Origin: Octopus vulgaris
Lineage: Eukaryota
DNA length: 64,000 nucleotides
Assembly: GCA_951406725.2 (NCBI GenBank)
Contig: OX597825.1
Coordinates: 44,268,001 to 44,332,000 of the forward strand
Direction of reading: 5' to 3'
The notes beneath the pieces are model-generated. The model searched no databases. It worked only from the letters and a program-made list of their open reading frames with translations, and was not told where the DNA came from. Each line of letters starts with the position of its first letter. Position 1 is the first letter of the stretch. This document shows positions 40,080-53,182 of this stretch, one piece after another. The translations under genes were made by a program, and so were the position numbers.

Positions 40080-40880
40080 TAATTGTTTTGCTTCAACGGT
40101 GTTCAGTTTTCAATCATTATTATCAGTTGTGTTATTTGTGGTCGAATATGCAAATATTACAATATGCTTTTTTAATATACTGTTATGCCCACATCAAAGA
40201 CCAAAATATTTACTGGGATATGAGTGGCTAACTGGACACCAAAATAAAGCATTGCACAAGTTAAAATGTCTATTACGTGCTCCTCATCTAGTATTAATTT
40301 GAAATGTCAGCATTCTTATATCTATTACTTTGTTTATCTTCACTTATGATGTTGCGAAGAGAGATGCACCTAACTTCAGGATTGGAATCCTCCTCTTATC
40401 GTTCATATATTTATTACAAGAATTCATAAGCTACCCATTGACTCGTAATTTCCGATTAATTTCGGTTCTGTTCTCTAAGGTTACACAACTGTATGCTCTC
40501 TTCCTTTATTTAGAATAGCATTAATGTTACTATGCAATCCAACTACATTTCTCTTTCTCCATTAATATTCATCTTATTATCTTACCTATTATCGTATTTC
40601 TTAGCACATTTATTTCTGTTATTACTATAGTGATTATTTTCAGTAATCTGTGTACGTAATCCACGTTTCATAGCTACTTTCTTAATATCCACTTCTGAAA
40701 GATATTGAATGTTTTCGGTATAATTAACCCTAGCGAAAGCTGACTTATAATATCTTTCATTCTGTCAGAATATCTCTTCATTTGCCGAAGGTCTAGAGAC
40801 TCTAATTTAGCCATAGTCAGTGTTGGTTACACGAAAAAAATTCTAAATATTCCTGAAGTGGATATTAAGACGGAATCCAT
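40080..40880 (-). pseudogene. Decayed PLE RT-thumb relic
   Basis: SANEEIF*QNERYYKSAFARVNY and SILKKHIVIFAYSTTNN (cf. KIISRKSVRISYST in the 22-23 kb PLE). Confidence 0.5.
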
Positions 40881-40899
40881 CATCCATACATGAATAAGA

Positions 40900-41890
40900 A
40901 GTTAGTTAGTTAGTTAGTTAATTTGGCTCAAAAGCAAATAGCAAGGCCATGTAGGGGGACATGGAGTTAAGTACAGGGTGGTGTTCATGTAAAGAGTTCA
41001 GGCCACTTGAGGTCCAGGGAGGCTTTGAACAAAGCGGTCGTCGGCATCTTCACCATCTCGTCTGGCAGCTTGTTCCACGGATCCGCAACCCGGACGGAGA
41101 AAGCTCCTCTCCTTCGATTGAGATGAAATCGTCGCAGGTAGAGCTTTTCGGAATGACCCCGCAGCCGACGCTCTGGAGCAGGAGTGAAGAACAGCTCTTT
41201 CGAGAGGTTACACTTTCCGCTTATGATGTTGTGGGCGAGAATGAGATCACTACGGCGGCGGCGTTTTTCAAGAGAATAAAGGTCGAGCGTCCTCAGCCTT
41301 ATCTTCGTAGGACAAATTTTTGAGACCATGAACCATGCGGGTAGCCAGCTTCTGGACTCTTTCGAGATGCTGTATGTCTTTGAGGAGATAAGGAGAAGAG
41401 GCTTGAATCCCATACTCCAATATGGGTCTCACCAGCGTGACATAGAGTGGTAGGAATATGGCTGCTGTGAGCATTCCGAATGACCGTCGAATCAAGAACA
41501 GAATTTCGCGTGCTTTGTTGGCAGCATGGACGCACTGGGCCGAAGGCGAAAAGGAGGAATCCACCAAGATACCTAGGTCCTTTACCTGATCGGTCCTCTC
41601 CAGCAGCAGACGACCCGGCTCGAAATCAAGTTGAGTTGCAGGAGTAGAGCCGACAGGCAGATGACAGCACTTTGACACGTTCAGACACAGGTCCCAATCG
41701 TTAGACCACTTCCAAATTTGGTGGAGGCATCGACGAAGATCCTCTATATTACCACGAGGAGCGACCAGTTTGATACCGTCGGCAAATAGAAGGGTGTGTT
41801 GCGTGAGGTCGTCGGGCAAGTCATTTATGAAGACTAAGAACAAGGGCCCAAGCACTGAACCTTGAGGCACGCCACTGCTCGCACTGGAGA
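40900..41890 (-). mobile_element. CR1-clade LINE 3' fragment (second family) with (TAAC)n tail
   Basis: SSGVPQGSVLGPL, FINDLP, LVRPILEYG, LERVQKLATRMV, LYSLEKRRRRSDLI, RLRGH. Confidence 0.93.
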
Positions 41891-42788
41891 CGTATCTTTG
41901 TCGTTCATGTAATCTCTCTCTGAAAAGGAAAAACAGCTTGGACTGGGGTTCGAACCGACTAGTATCATTTGTCATTAAAGACTCATCAAGATCTGACTGT
42001 CTCTGTTTCTTAAGTTACCGAAAGTAACGACGTATGGTGCTACTTAAAGAAAATGTAGAGAAGATTGCGATTAGAACAATCCAATATACATAATAATATG
42101 TTTGACGGCTGGAAATTCATAGAATAGCAAAACAGTGTGGTTTATACACGTGTACAAAATTATATTTACATGTTTAGTAAACACACACGCACACCATCGT
42201 GAAGATAAAGCACATAGTTAAACCACAGTACTTTTGTCAGCAAGGAACATTGATCAAAGCGTTTAGTTTAGTATCATCAAAAAAGCCTTATCAGCAGTGT
42301 TCCAAACTGATGAAGATAGAGCTACTCACCAGAAATATAATACCTAATAAAAGGACAGACATTGAATTAATCTCGAGTAGATTTACCTGCATTAGTAATT
42401 GTACATCACATTACTAATCCACGAAATCCAGTGTTGTTACTGTTCACTGCGTAGAAATAGGGCATACGTAGACCAACGTTTCAGTTAGGAAACTAGTAGT
42501 CGATCTATTCGAGTCAGTTCGCATACATACATGCTCACTTTCATCTGTGCAAGCATATATCCATGTATACATACATACTTGCATAGACACACATACATGC
42601 ATTGATTTGTATATATTTATACACACACACATATTCATGTCGCATATATATATATCTAAGTCATTAGCTAGCACAAATTTCACACATATCTACTTATATG
42701 TATTTCTAAGTAATAACTGGATTCATGTATACAATTACAAAATTATGATATACGATAAGTCCAAGGAAATATTACGCAGGTTGGTAGG

Positions 42789-43013
<225 letters not shown>

Positions 43014-43618
43014 CCCATTTCTCTTCAGATAACCTCTTCTCAGTAATATAATTTCCCACTGGATTAACTTGCTATCGTCTTATTTAAGCTAACTTGTTCC
43101 TTTCTAATCAATCTTGTTCTATGGCAAACGATAATGTGTCGTTCTACAGTATTTTATCAACCTGTTCAGCCACGTAGCGATAAAATCTGGTGTAGTTATT
43201 TTTAATAATGACATTGTTTGCAGAAATAGTGGTGGTGGGGACAGCAGAGGGTGCAGTAGTGGTAGATATGTTGGTAATAATGACAATAATAGTAGTGGCA
43301 GATATGTTGGTAATAATGACAATGTAGTGGAATTTATGATGGTAGTGATCCAAGTCATGTATAGTTATACGTGTATTTTCAGTCAGTTATTTTTCATGGA
43401 ATCTGAGTTCCAGTCCTCCAGTACAAGGGAAGAAATGGCGATTAGAGGAATTCTTATTTGATACAACACCAGTCACAATACTAATAGGTTCCTCTGACTC
43501 TTTCTCTCTATATATATGTGTGTATATGTGCATGTGTTGTGAGAAGGGGTGTATGTGTGTGTGTGAGTGTGAACTCGAACCTAATCATGTATATATATAT
43601 ATATATATAGTATATATC

Positions 43619-44040
43619 ATAAATCTCTGGGCGAGGTATAAACAGTAGGTGCACGACAATGTGAAGTATATTTGCCACTTAAATGTCGCTAACCACTAAG
43701 GGTGGATGCTACTGTAGCTTGTAGCCCCAGGAGAACATCTTCTCCAGCTGGCTATAGACACACTTTCTGTGCCCTATCAGTATTTGCAAAGGGAAGCTAT
43801 CCTTCCCATCGTCGACCCGACGTGATGCGCACGGACCCGGGTTTCTGAGTATTTACCCGTCGTCAGCGCACGACAATCACCGGTCTTCGATGCGAAGGGG
43901 TCCCAATGCAAACACATATATCCTTTTTCCAGTGACGAAAAGTCACCGATCTCGAAAAACTGTCTGCAAGCAATAATAAATCTCTGAACGAGGTATAAAC
44001 AGTAGCTGCACGATAATGTGAAGTATATTTGCAACTTAAA
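43619..44040. mobile_element. 357-bp unit bounded by 65-bp direct repeats (non-coding, structured)
   Basis: 43619-43683 and 43976-44040 differ at 5 of 65 positions. Confidence 0.8.
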
Positions 44041-44332
44041 GCCTTGTAAGTGGATTTGGTAGACGGAAACTGAAAGAAGCCCGTCGTATATATGTATATA
44101 TATGTGTGTGCGTGTGTGTGTTTGTGTCTGTGTTTGTTCCCTCAACATCGCTTGACAACCGATGCTGGTGTGTTTACGTCCCTGTAACTTAGCGGTTCTG
44201 CCAAATAGACCGATAGAATAATTACTAGGCTTAGAAAGAATAAGTCATGGGGGGCGATTTGCTCGACTAAAGGCGGTGCTCCAGCATAGCCACAGTCAAA
44301 TGACTGACACAAGTAAAAGAGTAAAGAGTAAA
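44041..44332 (+). mobile_element. SINE family C, 5'-truncated
   Basis: gtggatttggtagacggaaactgaaag...ggcggtgctccagcat...caagtaaaagagtaaagagtaaa. Confidence 0.9.
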
Positions 44333-44335
44333 AAA

Positions 44336-44418
<83 letters not shown>

Positions 44419-45189
44419 CATATATAGATATATAGATATGCATGCACACATATATAAACATAGATATTTAGGTAGATAAAAAGACAGATAGATAGATAGA
44501 GAGAGAGGGGGAGAGAGAGAAAGATACATACATACATACATACATACATACATACATACATACATACATACATACATACATACATACATACATACATACA
44601 TACGTACATACATAGCGCATCTTTAAGATACCATATTTATGAATTGCATTCGATTCTCTGCTATAGGTAATTTATCTGGAAAATAATAATTTCACATATA
44701 CTTTTTTCTCTCCGCTATATTACACGAACTTAATGCTAGTTAGGCAATCAGCATAGGTAAAATTTCCAGACATGCATTCTTCCACTACTTTTTCTTCACA
44801 CAAGAAAAATGAATAAATTAGGTTGACATAATATTATGGTATGAAAATCGATTATTATTGAAACAGAAGTTTAATCAATTAGAAATTTTAAATACACACA
44901 CACACACACACAAACACACACTTACGTGTATATAGGTGTGAGTGTGTGTGTGTGAATGAAATGAAGCTGAATTAGAAAATAGGTGAGAAAAAGAACACAC
45001 ATAATCACATATATTATCGATTACACTGTTGTATGCACTGAAATACATACGTATCTACACACACGCACGCGCACACATATATATACATTTATACATACTT
45101 GCACGAATATACAGCATTAAGGGAATAAAAGAACTAAATGGTATTAAGTTTTTACCTTTGGAAGTTTCACCATATCTGGTTTTACGAAT

Positions 45190-46330
45190 TGTTAAAAGAG
45201 CCAAAAGTTTTGAGACTTTTTCAGGTGAGAATTTTATTAATTTCAAAGAGGCTCAAGACTTTAATCTCCTTCAGCGTAGGAATCTCTGATTTCAATGCAC
45301 TTACTGTAGCACTCCCTCCACTTCGTGAAGTCTTCATGAAAATCCTTTCAAGTGAAGATGTCCAGGATCCTTATTTAGCTTCCTTCATCTTCTCAGTATC
45401 TTCAAAACGTCTGTCCCTGATGTTATCCTTTAGCTTCGGGAACAACCAAATGACATAAGGAGTAAGGACTGGACTGTAGGTTATGTGAAGGGTAGTTTTA
45501 TTGCCCATTGGTTACCCGTATGGAATTGTGTACCAGTGCATTGTCATAGCACAGGTATCACGACCCGAGTGGAAGAGCCCTGACCTTTTGCGACGAAATC
45601 TTTTCCTGAACTCCCTTAAAACCTCCAGAAAGTACTTTGATCGCTTGGACAGAGGAAAACTAGCGGATGTAGATGATGCCCTTGCTGTCGAAAAAGATCA
45701 TCATGAGCTTCCCGGTGGACTTGCTTTGTCTGGCCTTCTTGGATCTGGGGGAACCAGGATGCTTCCATTGGGCGCTGTCCTTTGGTCTATGGATCATAAC
45801 AGTAGATCTAGCTTTCGGTACAGGTCACCAGAGACACAAATTCTCTTGGACTGGAATAAATGAGCTCAACCATCTCCCTGCTATTACCGATGCATCTTTC
45901 CTCATCACCCAGCACCCTTTGCTCAAATTTTGCGCATGTCAAGGTCCTTGTAAAGTTGCCACACCAATTCCAAACTGTACACTTATTGTCTTAATACACA
46001 CAACGACGGTCTTCATCCAGAAAATCCTAAATCTTCTCAATCAGATCTGATGGTCTGACGCCCACCCCTCTCCCTCCCTCCCACACATCTCATCTACTTT
46101 CACCTTCTCTCCACAGTCCTTCCACCTCTTGCACCAGCAAAAAATAGATGCTCGGCTTATACAAGTTAACCCATTAGCAGTCTGAAGTATTTCATAAGAT
46201 TTTGTAACGTTTTTGCCCAGTTTAACACGAAACTTTATTACTTAGCGAGCTTCCAAGTTGTCTTCACATCTTGACTGCATTGTGCAAACTAGTTAGCTGT
46301 CACAAATAACGTTCCAGGGGTCTCTTTCAA
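45190..46330 (-). mobile_element. Decayed mariner transposon
   Basis: MRKI, LVTCTES*IYCYDP, QWKHPGSPRSKKARQSKSTGKLMMIF, HNLQSS region corresponding to the PYSP motif. Confidence 0.8.
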
Positions 46331-46446
46331 CCTAGAATGAAAAAGATTGGCAGGTTAGCTTGCTCCATGTATAGCTATGATATACTGAAATTACAATAAT
46401 CTAGGACAGTTATAACTGCCTCTAGTGAAAAGTTACACCTCGTATT

Positions 46447-46492
<46 letters not shown>

Positions 46493-46532
46493 ACACGTAC
46501 ATACGTGCATGCATGTATGTGTAACAAACATT

Positions 46533-46600
<68 letters not shown>

Positions 46601-46614
46601 TAATAATAATAATG

Positions 46615-47118
46615 ATAATTGAAATTGAGAAAATGTGGCATCTCAAGGCGGTTACAATACCAGTGATCGTAGGAGCACTAGGAATGATCAAGAAGGGAAC
46701 CGAAAATTATATGAGAATGATCTCTGGCTTACTCATAGGCGCAGGAGTGGCTGTGTGGTAAGTAGCTTGCTAACCAACCACATGGTACCGGGTTCAGTCC
46801 CACTGCGTGGCATCTTGGGCAAGTGTCTTCAAACGACTGAAACAAGTAAAAGAGTAAAAGAGTAAGAGTTACCATCCCTGCAAGAAGTGCAAAAGATTGT
46901 CTTAACTGGTACATCACACGTATTGAGAAGAGCATTGTCGATGTGAGAACTGTTGCTGCTCATGTATTTTAATATATGAACGAACTATTGAGTTTGGTTT
47001 AATGGCCTACCAATGTATACTATGAGTTTCTTTGCCCTAGGAGTCGGGAAGACACTCGGCAAGAAATGGAAGCAAATTTGAAAGAAGAAAAACAAGTAAT
47101 AATAATAATAATAATAAT
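46615..47118 (+). mobile_element. R4/Dong-type LINE 3' end within (TAA)n, interrupted by a SINE
   Basis: IEIEKMWHLKAVTIPVIVGALGMIKK...PSLQEVQKIVLTGTSHVLRRALSM*. (TAA)n on both sides. Confidence 0.85.
46737..46869 (+). mobile_element. Internally deleted SINE family C (head fused to tail)
   Basis: ggcgcaggagtggctgtgtgg...ttgggcaagtgtcttc|aaacgactgaaacaagtaaaagagtaaaagagt. Confidence 0.85.
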
Positions 47119-47129
47119 CATGCTATTTC

Positions 47130-47496
47130 CCAATCCAAACAGATCAGGTGCTAGAACATAACAGATCGGACCTACTGGTGGTCGACAAGATGCACCACAT
47201 GTACTATATTAGCTGATGTACGATGAATACTCAAGAGAGAAGGCGAAAAAATAGATAAATATAACCCTCTTAAGTACGAAATAGCCCGGGTATGGAAAAT
47301 GAAGTAGGTGAATATAATTCCAATTATTGTTGGGTCTTTGAGTACAGCATCAGAATGTATCAAAAGGAATATCAAGGAAATTGTAAGAGTGCCCACTAGA
47401 ACTGCTACAAAGAACAGATAGCATGGTACCATAGGCTACGCATGCAAGACTCCAAGAGTTCAACAAAAGCTGAAATAAAAAGAAATAATAATAATT
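47130..47496 (+). mobile_element. Second R4/Dong-type RLE fragment ending in (TAA)n
   Basis: QTDQVLEHNRSDLLVVDK, EKIDKYNPLKYEIARVWKMK, IIPIIVGSL. Confidence 0.8.
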
Positions 47497-47750
47497 TGTG
47501 TGCATATGTCAAGAAGAATATGAAATATTTGTAATAGCTAAAGTTTTAATGCTGAAAAAGGATATTGTAAGAGTCGAGAGGATTCAGTTTTACAGTGAGT
47601 TAAAATAAAAGAAATACCGATATCCACCGCTCTTGTTCACCGCTCGTTTTGCCTCGTTTGAGTTATTCAGTGTTTTTCAACACTTGATATCTTAAAGGAA
47701 TTTTTCCAGGACGAAATTCCACACCTAATAAGTGGTTATATAAATATATA

Positions 47751-48029
47751 TAAAAGAAGAGTGTTTATAATAATAAATAAATCACAGTTGTAACGGAGAG
47801 GGTTGCAAAAACACTTACATCTTTAGATATAGCAGACAAAATCGCTATAAAGCCACTATTTTCATTCATATTATATCTCCTCAGAATAAAGCTGTCTGCA
47901 AGAGGCATGACATATAAAATCCACAATATAAAAATAAAGGGGTAATTCTCTATTGCAATTTCGAGGTTATAGTGCAAGGCTCTCCGTTATAATTGTGATT
48001 TATTCATAATTATAAACATTCTTCTTTTA
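47751..48029. repeat. Inverted repeat (~50-bp arms, ~180-bp spacer) plus AT-rich tail
   Basis: 47751-47800 pairs with 47980-48029. The tail contains ggccattgata, as does the tail after the 52873-53379 fold-back. Confidence 0.8.
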
Positions 48030-48118
48030 CGTAATTTATGATTGTATGTTCGGCCATTGATATTCATAAATAATTATTGTTTTATGATATATCCTTCGTA
48101 AAGTATTATTACATTCCT

Positions 48119-48156
<38 letters not shown>

Positions 48157-48318
48157 TGTACATTAAAACACATTAAGAGGCTTCCAAATAGGACAGCCTT
48201 GTGCTAGAAAGAGCAGTAGAAAGCTCAAACCACTAATTAGGCCACTGGTAATAATAATTTCTATAATTCTTATTACCCTAAAATTATTTATTATATATAT
48301 ATATATATATATATATAG

Positions 48319-48644
48319 AAGAGTTACAGAATGGAGTACGGGAAATCCGGGCTACATATGCTTGATAGCGCGAGTGGAAGCTCAGAAGTGGTAAAATCCA
48401 AGAAAGATGTATATCGCCGGCTATTCTCCAGGCCAAGGATATCTTGATTAGATTAAAGGCTATATTGTCGCAGTGGCAGTACATGTTGACGCAAAGATTC
48501 AATCTATTATTTTAGCTCACTGTCTATACTTGACCTGAAGAGTAGCCAGCGGTATACAACTCCTTGGATTTTACCACTTCTGAGGTTGCATTCGCTATGA
48601 AACATATGTAGTCAGGATTTCCCATACTCCATTCCGTAACTCTT
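48319..48644. repeat. Fold-back element (~120-bp diverged arms, ~85-nt spacer) carrying a hammerhead
   Basis: 48319-48440 pairs with 48526-48644. Preceded by (TA)n. Confidence 0.88.
48529..48616 (+). ncRNA. Type I hammerhead ribozyme motif with long stem II
   Basis: Stem I cttgac/gtcagg, core CTGAAGA, stem II gtagc/gctat, GAAA, palindromic stem III acatatgt, GUA cleavage triplet ending at 48610. Confidence 0.75.
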
Positions 48645-48835
48645 TAAATTCTTTTTCGCACACTCAGCAAAGCCTACCGAAAAATATAAAAAAAACTTTT
48701 TTTCAAATCATCGTTTATTGATAAGAGAGAAAAAATAATCCGCAACTTTCCGTCTCAATAAACCACTATTGTTCCTGGAAGTTATTTTTTTTTTATATTC
48801 ACTACGGATTGCTCGAAGCTAACTTTCTTCCTACA

Positions 48836-48879
<44 letters not shown>

Positions 48880-48892
48880 ACACGCATATATT

Positions 48893-51800
48893 TTATTTTA
48901 TGTTCGTCCTTTGGGTTCGAAGATGACCATGGACATCATTTGGTGGAATTGCTGCTATGAGACCGGAGGTGGCTGGTGAGGCCAAACCGGGCAAGAAAGC
49001 CCCTCCCACAGGTGGGGCAGAAGTAGGTAGGGGCTGTGCTATTGGTGCAGGTGGCTCTGGCTTTCCGCATCTGGCGTTTCTGTTCTGCTGACTGAATCCG
49101 TCTCTCCTCGGCTGTCTTTGCTCCTGTGGTGATTGCGCTGCGCCAGGATGAGCGGTCGGCAGCAAGTGTCTCCCAAGACTCTGTGCCGATGGAGACGTCT
49201 TTGAGAGAGACTTTGAGACTGTCCTTGAAGCGCTTCTTCTGCCCTCCGACTTTGCGTTTGCCCTGGGTGAGTTCACCGTAGAAGAGCTGTTTTGGGATGC
49301 GAGTGTCGGACATGCGGGAGACGTGGCCTGCCCATCTCAGCTGGGCCTTGCGCATGATCGTGATGGTGCTAAGGAGATCTGCCTGCTTCAAAACTTCCGT
49401 GTCTGGGACTTTGTCCTGCCAGCGGATGTGAAGGAGGTTCCGAAGACACCTGAGGTGGAAGTGGTTTATCTGGCGCTCGTGCCTTCGGTAAGCAGTCCAC
49501 GTCTCGCAGCCGTATAGTAGGGTAGTAAGCACGACTGCCCGGTAGACTTTCAGCTTGGTGTTGAGGCTGATTCCTCTCCACTCCCAGACTTTCTTTCGCA
49601 GAACCCCAAACGCGCTGCTTGCCTTGGAGATTCTGTTGATGATTTCAGCATCTATGTTAGCATTGCAGGAGAGAGTTCTGCCCAGGTAGGTGAAGTTTTC
49701 CACCGCTCGTAGGATCCGTCCGTTCACCTTTATCTGAGGCTCATGGTATTGTTTGCCGGGGGCTGGCTGAAACATCACTTCGGTTTTCTTGGCACTGATG
49801 GTGAGACCGAAGTTGTCACAGGCTGATGTGAACCTGTTCATCCCGAGCTGCATCTCCTGCTCATCGATTGCGTTAAGGGCGCAGTCGTCAGCAAAGAGAA
49901 AGTCTCTGACGACTGTCTCCCTCACCTTTGTGACGGCCTGCAATCTTCTGGAGTTGAAAAATTTCCCGTCCGTCCTGTACTTGATGTCGATACCGGACTT
50001 GCAGTCCCTGAAGGCGTCGGACAGCATTGCCGAGAACATGATGCTGAACAGTATTGGGGCCAGGACACAGCCCTGCCTGACTCCGCTGGTCACCTGGAAG
50101 ACTTCAGATGAGTTGCCGTCTTCAAGGACTCTGGCTGTCATTCCGTCGTAGAATTGGCGGACAATTGCAATAAATTTGCTGGGGCAACCAAATTTTCCCA
50201 TGACCAGAGTCCCTCCCGACTTACTGTATCGAAAGCCCTGGTGAAGTCAACAAAGGTCATGCAGAGGTCAAGGTGCTGCTGCATGCATTTCTCCTGGAGC
50301 TGGCGGGTGGCGAATATCATGTCAGTGGTCCCTCGACCCGCGCGGAAGCCACACTGGCTCTCAGGGAGAAGGCTTTGCTCCAAGTGTTACAGAAGGCGGG
50401 CAAGCAGGACTCGGTCCATGATCTTGCCTGCTATGGACAAGAGGAAGATTCCTCGGTGGTTGTCGCAGGACTGCCAATCTCCTTTCCGCTTATAAATGTG
50501 GACGATTGTTGCGTCCCGGAAATCTTGAGGGAGTTGTTCCCTGTCCCACATCGACTGGAACAGGCTGGTGAGCTGACTGATCATGGTGGGGCCGCCCGAC
50601 TTGAACACCTCTGCAGGGATGGCGTCAGAGCCTGGAGCTTTGCCGGTGGACATTTTTTTATGGCTCTGCTCACTTCCTCGACTGCAGGGGGAACAGCCAG
50701 CTCGTGGTTTGTCGGCACCTGGGGGAGTCGTGCGATGGCTTCCTCGTTGATCTGGGCTGGTCGGTTGAGCACGATGTTGAAATGCTCCGCCCATCTCTTC
50801 AGGATCAGCCTCTTGTTAGTCAGGAGTGAGGTTCCATCCGAGCTGAGCAGGGGGGGTTGATCCAAAGGAGGACTGCGGTCCATAGGCAGCTTTCAGCGCC
50901 TCGTAGAATTTCTTGGTGTCGTGTTTGTCTGCGTATCCCTGAATCTCATCCGCATTGGCGCTTAACTATGCGTCTTGCATGAGGCGGAGTTTTGCCTGGA
51001 CTGTGCTGCGAATGTTGTTGAAAGCAGCCTTCTTTGCCGTGCAGGTGGTGTCATTTTGATGGGCCCGCAGCAGACGGCGTTTCTCTTCCAGGAGTTTTTG
51101 GATTTCCTGGCCGTTTTCATCGAACCAGTCCTGGTGATTCCTCGTAACTTGGCCTAGAGTTTCAAGGGCGATGGAATGAACCGTGTCCCTGGATGATTCC
51201 CACTGCTCATCGATGCTGGACTGGTCATTCCGAATGTCCAACAGCTTGCTGTCCACACGTGACTGGAGACCTTGTGCAGTCAGCTGGTTCTTTAATTTCG
51301 TGATGTTAAGCTTCCTCGTCACTTTCTGACCTTGTGGTCTTCTCTTAGGTTGGATGTAGAAATCCATCCTGGAGAGCTCCACACATGGCTTTGACCAGTC
51401 TCACGTCCCGCCTGTCTTTCGCCCTGACGATGACGTAATCTATCAGATGCCAGTGTTTGGAGCGTGGATGCATCCATGATGTCTTGTTGCGTGTTGGCAG
51501 ACGGAACAAGGTGTTGGCGATGGTAAGATCATGAGAGGCGCACGCCCGCAGGAGGAGCTGCCTGTTGTTGTTGCACTTTCCGATTCCTTGCTTTCCCAGT
51601 ACGCGATGCCAGGCTTGGTAGTCAGTCCCGACACGGGCGTTAAAGTCCCCAAGGAGGATGAGCTTCCCAGGCTGGGCTGACGTGATGAGGGAGTCGAGTT
51701 CCTCATAGAACCTGTCCTTAACTTCTTCGGGGTTGGTCATGGTGGGGGCGTAAGCGCTGATGATGGTTGCACTCGTCTTGTTTCCAAGTGGGAGCTGCAT

Positions 51801-52835
51801 CTTCATCAGCCGATCGTTGATACCCTCGGGGGAGCTTTCCAGTTTCCGCACGTGTACTGACTTGATGACAAAACCAACACCAGCCTCACGACGCTCTTCG
51901 CTGCTGCGACCACCCCAAAAGAAAGTGTAGCCGCCGCCTGTCTCTGTCAGCTGGCCTTTGTCCGCAAGGCGGGTCTCGCTCAGTGCTGCGATATCGACAT
52001 TGTATCGGCTCAGTTCTCTGGCCACCAGGGCAGTTCGTCTCTCTGGTCTGTCCGCTTTGGTGTTGTCAAGCAGAGTTCTCACGTTCCAAGTTGCGAAAGT
52101 GAGCACCTTTGTTCGTTTTCTTTCTTTGTTTCGACTGCTTGGAAAGGATCCCCGCCAGCCGCGGTTTGCTGACCAAGGTGAGGTGAGGCAGGCTATGTTT
52201 AGGGCAACCTTTTCTAGCCCCGTCCTCATGCTGCGGAGGCGAGCAGAGCGATCCTGAAGAGGGCTGCTCGGTCACTCAGGAGGCTGCCGGACTCCACTGC
52301 TACCTCAGTTCAGTGAGGGGCGACCACATGTCCTGAGCCGCCTGTGTGTGGGTTCACGACTGCAGCTCCCAGTGTATCCTCACATGCTACTTCGCCGTTT
52401 CCCCATCGTCACAGGACTTTGTGATGTTGGTGTCATGATGTCATGACGTGCGCGTGACTTGGATTATAGTGAGGGTGACTTGCGCAGGATCAGCCTCACT
52501 GTCTCGTCCTGGTGCGCCGGATCCAGTGGCAAGACAAAGTCAAGACGGCTGGGGGTAGACCAGGATGCAGGAGCTGCCGGAAGGTGGCACGCATGGCGCA
52601 ATCCAACCGCCTTAGGGGCTCCACTCCGGATTTATGTAGGTTTTTGGATGGCCATTGACTCATGAGAGAGTTCCTCTGCCCTTTAACAGGTTTTGTTTTT
52701 AGTCCTGCTGGGTGTCCAAATCACCCTCCTCACCAAGAAATCTTGGTGGGGTTGCCAGTTTAGTCGCCAACGACCCGACCACGTAACAGGTTGTACTGGG
52801 TTACATATTACCAGTAGCCCCAAACGGAGACCTGA
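48893..52835 (-). mobile_element. Near full-length RTE (BovB-like) LINE: APE, RT and C2H2 finger, broken by a few frameshifts/stops
   Basis: TWNVRTL, LSETRL, SAYAPT, LGDFNARVG, HWHLIDY, QCGFRAGRGTTD, AFDTV, GVRQGCVLAP, LFADD, CPTCGRGF..LTSHLRSH. ~600-bp 5' UTR. Confidence 0.96.
52755..52832 (-). ncRNA. HDV-like ribozyme fold at the RTE 5' terminus (putative)
   Basis: P2 ccagt/actgg, L3 acctgt, P1' gtggtc, gg, P4 gtcg-ttgg-cga(c), CTAA. P1 and P3 are imperfect in this copy. Confidence 0.5.
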
Positions 52836-52840
52836 CACGC

Positions 52841-52871
<31 letters not shown>

Positions 52872-53008
52872 AATAAACAAGGGCAAAAGAAAAACATTCT
52901 AATGCCAAATATGCCTAAAATACACAATATCGTCAATAACCATATAATTCATCACTATAAGCACACGTCTCGAAGTAAGCCGACAGAAATTTCTAAAAAA
53001 TTCCGTTA

Positions 53009-53069
53009 TTATCATATCGGCCCTGATTTCAGAGTCAATTCATAAGAATTTTCTCCTCGTCAGTGATAA
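53009..53069 (-). ncRNA. Type I hammerhead ribozyme motif (antisense arm)
   Basis: ttatca-CTGACGA-ggag..aattc-ttat-gaatt..ctct-GAAA-tc-agggcc-ga-TA-tgataa. Confidence 0.8.
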
Positions 53070-53182
53070 ATACGGTAAGAAATAAATGAAATACTTATAC
53101 CCATAGAAGAAACAAATTGTGCTCATGACTTAGTATTTGATTCTACCATGGGTATAAGTATTTCATATATTTCTTACCGTAT

